Assembly (NCBI RefSeq): GCF_000002075.1
Contig: NW_004797480.1
Location: 734,001 to 798,000 of the forward strand
Origin: Aplysia californica
Lineage: Eukaryota
Direction of reading: 5' to 3'
Length of the DNA stretch: 64,000 nt
In this document: positions 61,801 to 64,000 of the stretch, one piece after another
Layout: the number at the start of each line of letters is the position of its first letter
Numbering within the stretch: position 1 is the stretch's first letter
Position numbers and translations under genes: made by a program
Notes under the pieces: model-generated
Told to the model about the DNA's origin: nothing
The model's input: only the letters and a program-made list of their open reading frames with translations
Databases searched by the model: none

Positions 61801-64000
61801 GGCCATCCCAAACCAGGGGATTCTCAAACCCTACCAGAAAGTTCCTATCTTCTTCAGATTCAGCCCAAGGTACAGTGAGTTATGAAATGTGAAATGTTTC
61901 ATTAAATAAGTTCTTTAGTTTTGTGACTTGAAAGACTTGAGAGGCAAAAATTTCATCATTATATTTTGTCATGTTTTGTGCTAAGCCTTTAGGCATTCCA
62001 TCTTGCATTTGTTTTAGATAAGATGGAGGCAAAACATTTTTGTTGATACATTTTGAAAATAAAATAATTGTATAGCTATATTTTTCTATGAAAAAGAGAT
62101 TGAATTGAAAACTTTAGGCTGAGAGGTCTGCCTTTGAATTGAGTTGTCTTACATCTGAGAGGGTGTTAAACACTAAAAATATCTCTTTCCATGTTCTTAT
62201 TGACTCTTTCCTGTTCCAGATGGCATGCATCTCGTCAAGGATGGAAGAGCCAGGTGTGTCCCCCACCCAGAAAGGATTTTGCCCTTTTTATGAGGCTTCA
62301 GATCATTGGCTCCAGCAATGGCTTCATCAGTGACCATGAAAATGCATTGAAAGGAAATAAAAGCAATGTGGAAGGTAAGTGGATGGGAGGCAGAAGAAGA
62401 ACAAGGAATCTATTGTTTCAATTTCCCACCTTTTGTAGAAATATGAAAACTACAGTAAAGAATGTTTTTGATATTGTGATAGAAACTATGATTTTTTGTA
62501 ATGATATCAATGTCATTTTTTATGTTGGTTTCAATGGTGAAACAAACTGCTAGGTCAGCCAGAAAGGTAATCATGATATTATCATATTTCAGTTTTGATT
62601 GGTGAAACCATCAACATCTCTCCCCTCCCCCTCCACTCAATACTGGGTTATTAAAATCTTATAAAGAAGAGATATTGGGGATTTGGGACACTGCAAGCTG
62701 GAGTTTAGGGTAAGAAGACTTTTCTACGCGTTTATGTGTGTCCCGGTTTTATCTTAGATAGAAAGTTATTGCAATGTTTTAGAGCATATTGGATTACTCT
62801 CTGCTCTACCCCCCCCCCTCCCCCGGGGCGCTGCTACTGACTGAATTGTCTTTACTCCATTCCCAAAGGGGGGACATTAACATGTTCTTATGCACTGTGG
62901 AATTGTGAATAGGCTGATTCATCAATATCATGCTCATAACTGTGCCTGAAATGCAACAGGGAACTGCTGCTTTTTCTTTCCTAATCCTTACTATCATCTT
63001 TTTTCCTCTGCTTCCCTTTTATGTTCGTCACACTCATGTGACCCGCTATTTCCAGAGTGCCTTGATAGTCAAAGCAGACTTTGTGCTTTTGAAGCTAGAG
63101 AGGTGAGCTGAGTAAGCCTGATTCCCAGTAAGGACTTCTCTGTTGACATCCACCCCTTGGCGCTCATATGACCTTATGCTGCTGCGTGCGCCGTAAAACC
63201 TCTACAAAAAAAAAAAATCTCTACTCTGATTTTTCTCCCCAGGTGTTTATGCAGAGGTTGCTTTAACGGGCACTGCTCTTCCTATCCTCTTGAACATTTC
63301 CCCTGCTGCCAAATTTGACTTTGGCGAGTGTCCAGTCGGGGAGCATGCAGACATTCTGTGTACCATCAAGAATGAATCCAACATTCTGCCCGCCCTGTTT
63401 GAGTTCCGCAGGATTGCCCACTTCACTGCTCACCCACCCAATGGGAAAATTCTGCCAGGGCAGACCCAAGATGTGATCTTTTCCTTTGCTCCAAAACAAG
63501 CTGGTGAGTCTTTACAGTTGTTTTTTAACCCTGCTGACGCTCTGAGTGTAATTTATGGGAACATTTTCAACCATGACCCAGGACTCTCAAGAGCAATGAA
63601 ATTTTACTGACGTGTCCTCGTAAGAACTTTACCATACATGTTGTAACCTCATTTGAAAATAATTTCCAGGAAGAAAATCCCTGTTTACTTCTCAGTATCG
63701 CCTTTAATCAACAAAAGTGGTCCCCCTTTGCTCATTGCCATTACTCTGCAAACAATCTTGTACTGTTGTGTGTCTCTGCTGTCAAAGTACAGGATGCCTA
63801 CTTGGTGACTATCAGATAAGCAGGCTTACAGTTTAAGTCATGTGATTATTCATAACCATGTGTCCTTTGCAGTTGGAGGTTCACATACAGGCTCATAGTA
63901 GGACATCCAGCTTTGTTGCTTGTAAAGCAAATAACAGTATCATTCATACATCATTTTTGTTCCTTGTTGCTGAGTCAGATAAACTATCTCCCCCAGGATT
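49693..64000 (+). CDS. CFAP47: Cilia- and flagella-associated protein 47, 5' part; join(49693..49842,56183..56337,57610..57817,58557..58603,59650..59881,61703..61869,62220..62374,63243..63503, possibly 63997..>64000)
   Basis: Phase-consistent GT-AG exons give VRIIPSVLQF..ELPITVKN, VASGL, VDFGTVVANSKVVAKEITLTN, CIRFG..YYG...YNNGPEPVNFVAVVDEDAIAQELG, PNQGILKPYQK, DFALFMR and EVALTGTALP. These follow the N-terminal ASH/Ig-like repeats of human CFAP47 (CXorf22), as I recall that sequence. Confidence 0.92.
52434..53215. mobile_element. hAT MITE nested in the Sola1 element
   Basis: TIR TAGTGCTGGG / CCCAGCACTA; 8-bp TSD GTGTGCAT / GTGTACAT; ATCGAT subterminal repeats. Confidence 0.85.
52754..53070 (+). 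mobile_element. RTE LINE 3' fragment nested in the hAT MITE
   Basis: MQFLGHLNRHKGLEHLALTGKIEGKRGRGRPRTTYL (from 52854); GATAATGAT tail; flanking TGGTGTG direct repeat. Confidence 0.82.
55319..56968. other. N runs (55319-55490, 55569-56064, 56572-56769, 56814-56968; also 16975-17116), probably masked or unresolved simple repeats
   Basis: N blocks are flanked by CT, CA, TG or ACAG low-complexity sequence. Confidence 0.7.
56183..56337 (+). CDS. CFAP47: CFAP47 exon 2
   Basis: SFSLKVKNPEEPVASGL...IEVPIF. Confidence 0.9.
57610..57817 (+). CDS. CFAP47: CFAP47 exon 3
   Basis: HPCQPIMDFDDEVDFGTVVANSK...EQKIK. Confidence 0.92.
57827..57880. repeat. (TTG)n microsatellite
   Basis: Directly visible just inside CFAP47 intron 3. 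Confidence 0.9.
58557..58603 (+). CDS. CFAP47: CFAP47 exon 4
   Basis: VEYVTRISGKFAEEA; its phases bridge exons 3 and 5. Confidence 0.85.
58884..59155. mobile_element. piggyBac-type MITE (second family)
   Basis: TTAA|CCCTCCAAGTGTC ... GACACTTGGAGGG|TTAA, perfect 13-bp TIR. Confidence 0.85.
59650..59881 (+). CDS. CFAP47: CFAP47 exon 5
   Basis: VYLEGKE...DAIAQEL. Confidence 0.92.
61703..61869 (+). CDS. CFAP47: CFAP47 exon 6
   Basis: GIDLTQ...FFRFSP. Confidence 0.9.
62220..62374 (+). CDS. CFAP47: CFAP47 exon 7
   Basis: WHASRQGW...KSNVE. Confidence 0.9.
63243..63503 (+). CDS. CFAP47: CFAP47 exon 8
   Basis: VYAEVALTGTALP...FAPKQA. Confidence 0.92.

Noticed and set aside
61870-61880. Stronger-looking donor GTGAGT at 61875 for CFAP47 exon 6
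   Set aside because: It breaks the frame with exon 7; only the donor at 61870 gives the required phase 2.

Overview
Eukaryotic, intron-rich animal genomic DNA. The SINE and transposon repertoire suggests a lophotrochozoan, probably a mollusc (inference). Five protein-coding genes can be read. (1) A Hairy-Orange-domain protein with no visible bHLH or WRPW, in one long exon (1604-3106, +). (2) A CD225/dispanin-family membrane protein (16247-16729, -), possibly with a very long 3' UTR. (3) COX17 (coding exons 25712-25833 and 27035-27119, +), head-to-head with the CD225 gene. (4) DNAJB13 (7 exons, 49287 to 36935, -, 317 aa, HPE instead of HPD). (5) The 5' part of CFAP47 (8 exons from 49693, +, continuing past the window), whose ATG is only 405 bp from the DNAJB13 ATG across a region with RFX, forkhead and YY1-like motifs. 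Introns and intergenic DNA are full of transposons: a tRNA-Glu-headed SINE (2 full copies), RTE LINE fragments, a deleted mariner, pogo/Tc1-type MITEs, piggyBac-type MITEs, Sola1 MITEs, a decayed Sola1 element with nested insertions, and a hAT 5' end with an intact BED finger. I see no prokaryote-type systems such as CRISPR. The best novelty candidates are the Orange-only protein, an isolated perfect GC-rich hairpin at 6836-6884, the ciliary bidirectional gene pair and the promoter-proximal intact BED finger.
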